This document shows, piece by piece, positions 27,436 to 28,537 of a stretch of 28,537 nucleotides of DNA. Both the position numbers and the translations under genes were made by a program. Position 1 is the first letter of the stretch, and the number at the start of each line of letters is the position of its first letter. The notes under the pieces are model-generated. The model made no database searches. It was not told the origin of the DNA and saw only the letters and a list, made by a program, of their open reading frames with translations. Origin of the DNA: an uncultured Fibrobacterales bacterium (GTDB taxonomy: Bacteria; Fibrobacterota; Fibrobacteria; Fibrobacterales; CAWVXU01); assembly GCA_963934255.1 (NCBI GenBank), contig CAWVXU010000029.1:1-28537 (forward strand), given 5' to 3'.

Positions 27436-28537
27436 GGAGACGAGTCTAGTTTCAGTTCAAATTGGCGAATTTGAACTGCCTCAATTTGTCCCTCCGGCAT
27501 CAAGAATTGTAATTCCCTAAGAATACGTGTCCTAATCTCGGGCAGGGCGAGTTTATTTCTAGGGGTAAAATAGAAAATATTCCTTAAGATGGACCCCATA
27601 TTCTCTGCGTATCTAGGGGCTAGTTGCTCAATATTCGGACTTTGTGACAGAACTACCAAATCTAAGTGAACCGAGAGCTTAGGCACGGCTCTGAGAGAAA
27701 GGCTTTGGTCTTTAAGAATCCAAGAAAATTTTGCCGTGGACATTGGCTGATTTTTTCGATTGTTTTGAGTATTCTGAGTGTTGTTTTGCGTATTTACAAA
27801 ATTTTCAGTGTTACTTTGGGTAGTCTCTAATGAGTTATTTTGAGCATTTGATTCAGATTCATCAGTTAATTTTGTCAAATCTGCGTTTAAAGCCACATCT
27901 GCAACTTCTGGGAAAAGCTTTTCATCGGGTGTGTAAACTTCGGCAATTTCCACCTCTTCAGAACTCATTAACATAAAACTCATACCAATTAAGACTACAG
28001 CTAAACTTGCGACAAGGGCTAGAATCTTTATTCTCAAAGATTTTGAACTCTTCGCTCCCTCTTTTTGTAAAGCCTCCTCTTCACTATTGCTTATGTCCAA
28101 TACAGCTAAAGATTCATCCGAGTTTGAATCCGATTGAATTGGTATGTCATCACTAAAGTTAAATCCAAGGTCAGATGCTGCATCATTCATTGCCTCATCT
28201 AATTGGATAGATCTTGTTTCATCGACCGTGTCAATCGGAACATCCTCACCTATTTCTGCTCCACTCATTATTTCGTCTAAACTAGCTGCCATTTCAGCGT
28301 CAGATTCCTTAAGTGTTGACGTTGCTTCCGACAGATTAATCTGCTCGGACGCACCATCATCATAATCACTGATACTTTGTTCTGAATCAAATGGATCATC
28401 CACTGCCCCAATGAGTGCCTCATCAGTTTTAGCTTGACTCTCTAATTCTTCTGCTGTCAAGTTTGGGTCTTCTTGGTTAGCGAGATGGACATTTTCGGCC
28501 TGGGCATCGGGGGCAGGCGTAGCTTCGGAATCGGAGT
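27432..28537 (-). CDS. Acidic single-TM protein with FliL-like C-terminal domain; 5' end lies beyond the window
   Basis: The frame stays open from 28460 to the window edge. Long D/E-rich region, TM ([20 protein letters not shown]), N/T/Q-rich linker, then a FliL-like tail (V-L-L...LRNI...IR-RI...L...G-IEAV-I-QF). ATGA overlap with secA. Confidence 0.6.
   Translation of the reverse strand, partial: SDSEATPAPDAQAENVHLANQEDPNLTAEELESQAKTDEALIGAVDDPFDSEQSISDYDDGASEQINLSEATSTLKESDAEMAASLDEIMSGAEIGEDVPIDTVDETRSIQLDEAMNDAASDLGFNFSDDIPIQSDSNSDESLAVLDISNSEEEALQKEGAKSSKSLRIKILALVASLAVVLIGMSFMLMSSEEVEIAEVYTPDEKLFPEVADVALNADLTKLTDESESNAQNNSLETTQSNTENFVNTQNNTQNTQNNRKNQPMSTAKFSWILKDQSLSLRAVPKLSVHLDLVVLSQSPNIEQLAPRYAENMGSILRNIFYFTPRNKLALPEIRTRILRELQFLMPEGQIEAVQIRQFELKLDSSP

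Noticed and set aside
16066..28365. Short track ORFs 16066-16485, 16187-16375, 18979-19203, 20608-20817, 21638-21853, 21863-22066, 22553-22813, 22740-22940, 23837-24223, 25459-25644, 25812-26045 and 28144-28365
   Set aside because: All lie within conserved genes as antisense or off-frame shadows, with no independent support.
1..28537. CRISPR array, tRNA/rRNA, IS element, prophage or known defence system
   Set aside because: No regularly spaced repeats, RNA gene signatures, transposase, integrase or phage genes were recognised by eye; nearly all sequence is accounted for by CDS.

Overview
A gene-dense, AT-rich bacterial chromosomal segment. It is probably from the Fibrobacterota or wider FCB group; this is an inference from the Ser-rich lipoprotein glycoside hydrolase, the SecA N-terminal insertion and the divergent Prs. 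From left to right: a truncated two-TM sensor-like gene diverging from a GH16 lipoprotein; a minus-strand run of HD-GYP, fmt, rsmB and two outer-membrane-like proteins; a beta-helix protein; a ~520 bp gap with a possible gene remnant; an actinobacterial-type hisE-hisG pair; a small gene with a sigma28-like promoter and a DUF6572-like gene; a minus-strand run of cNMP-DUF4388, TPR/MA-peptidase lipoprotein, thioredoxin-like, RluA and GDPD genes, diverging from a J-domain gene and a ComEC-type metallo-beta-lactamase gene; and a tightly packed FliL-like, secA, tmk, ctpA, glgP, prs-like operon. I saw no rRNA, tRNA, CRISPR array or mobile element. The best candidates for undescribed biology are the cNMP-DUF4388/J-domain/TPR-peptidase/thioredoxin cluster, the atypical Prs coupled to glycogen phosphorylase, the sigma28-type orphan gene, and the sensor-GH16 pair with its structured intergenic region. 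All family calls come from recognising motifs by eye, not from database searches.
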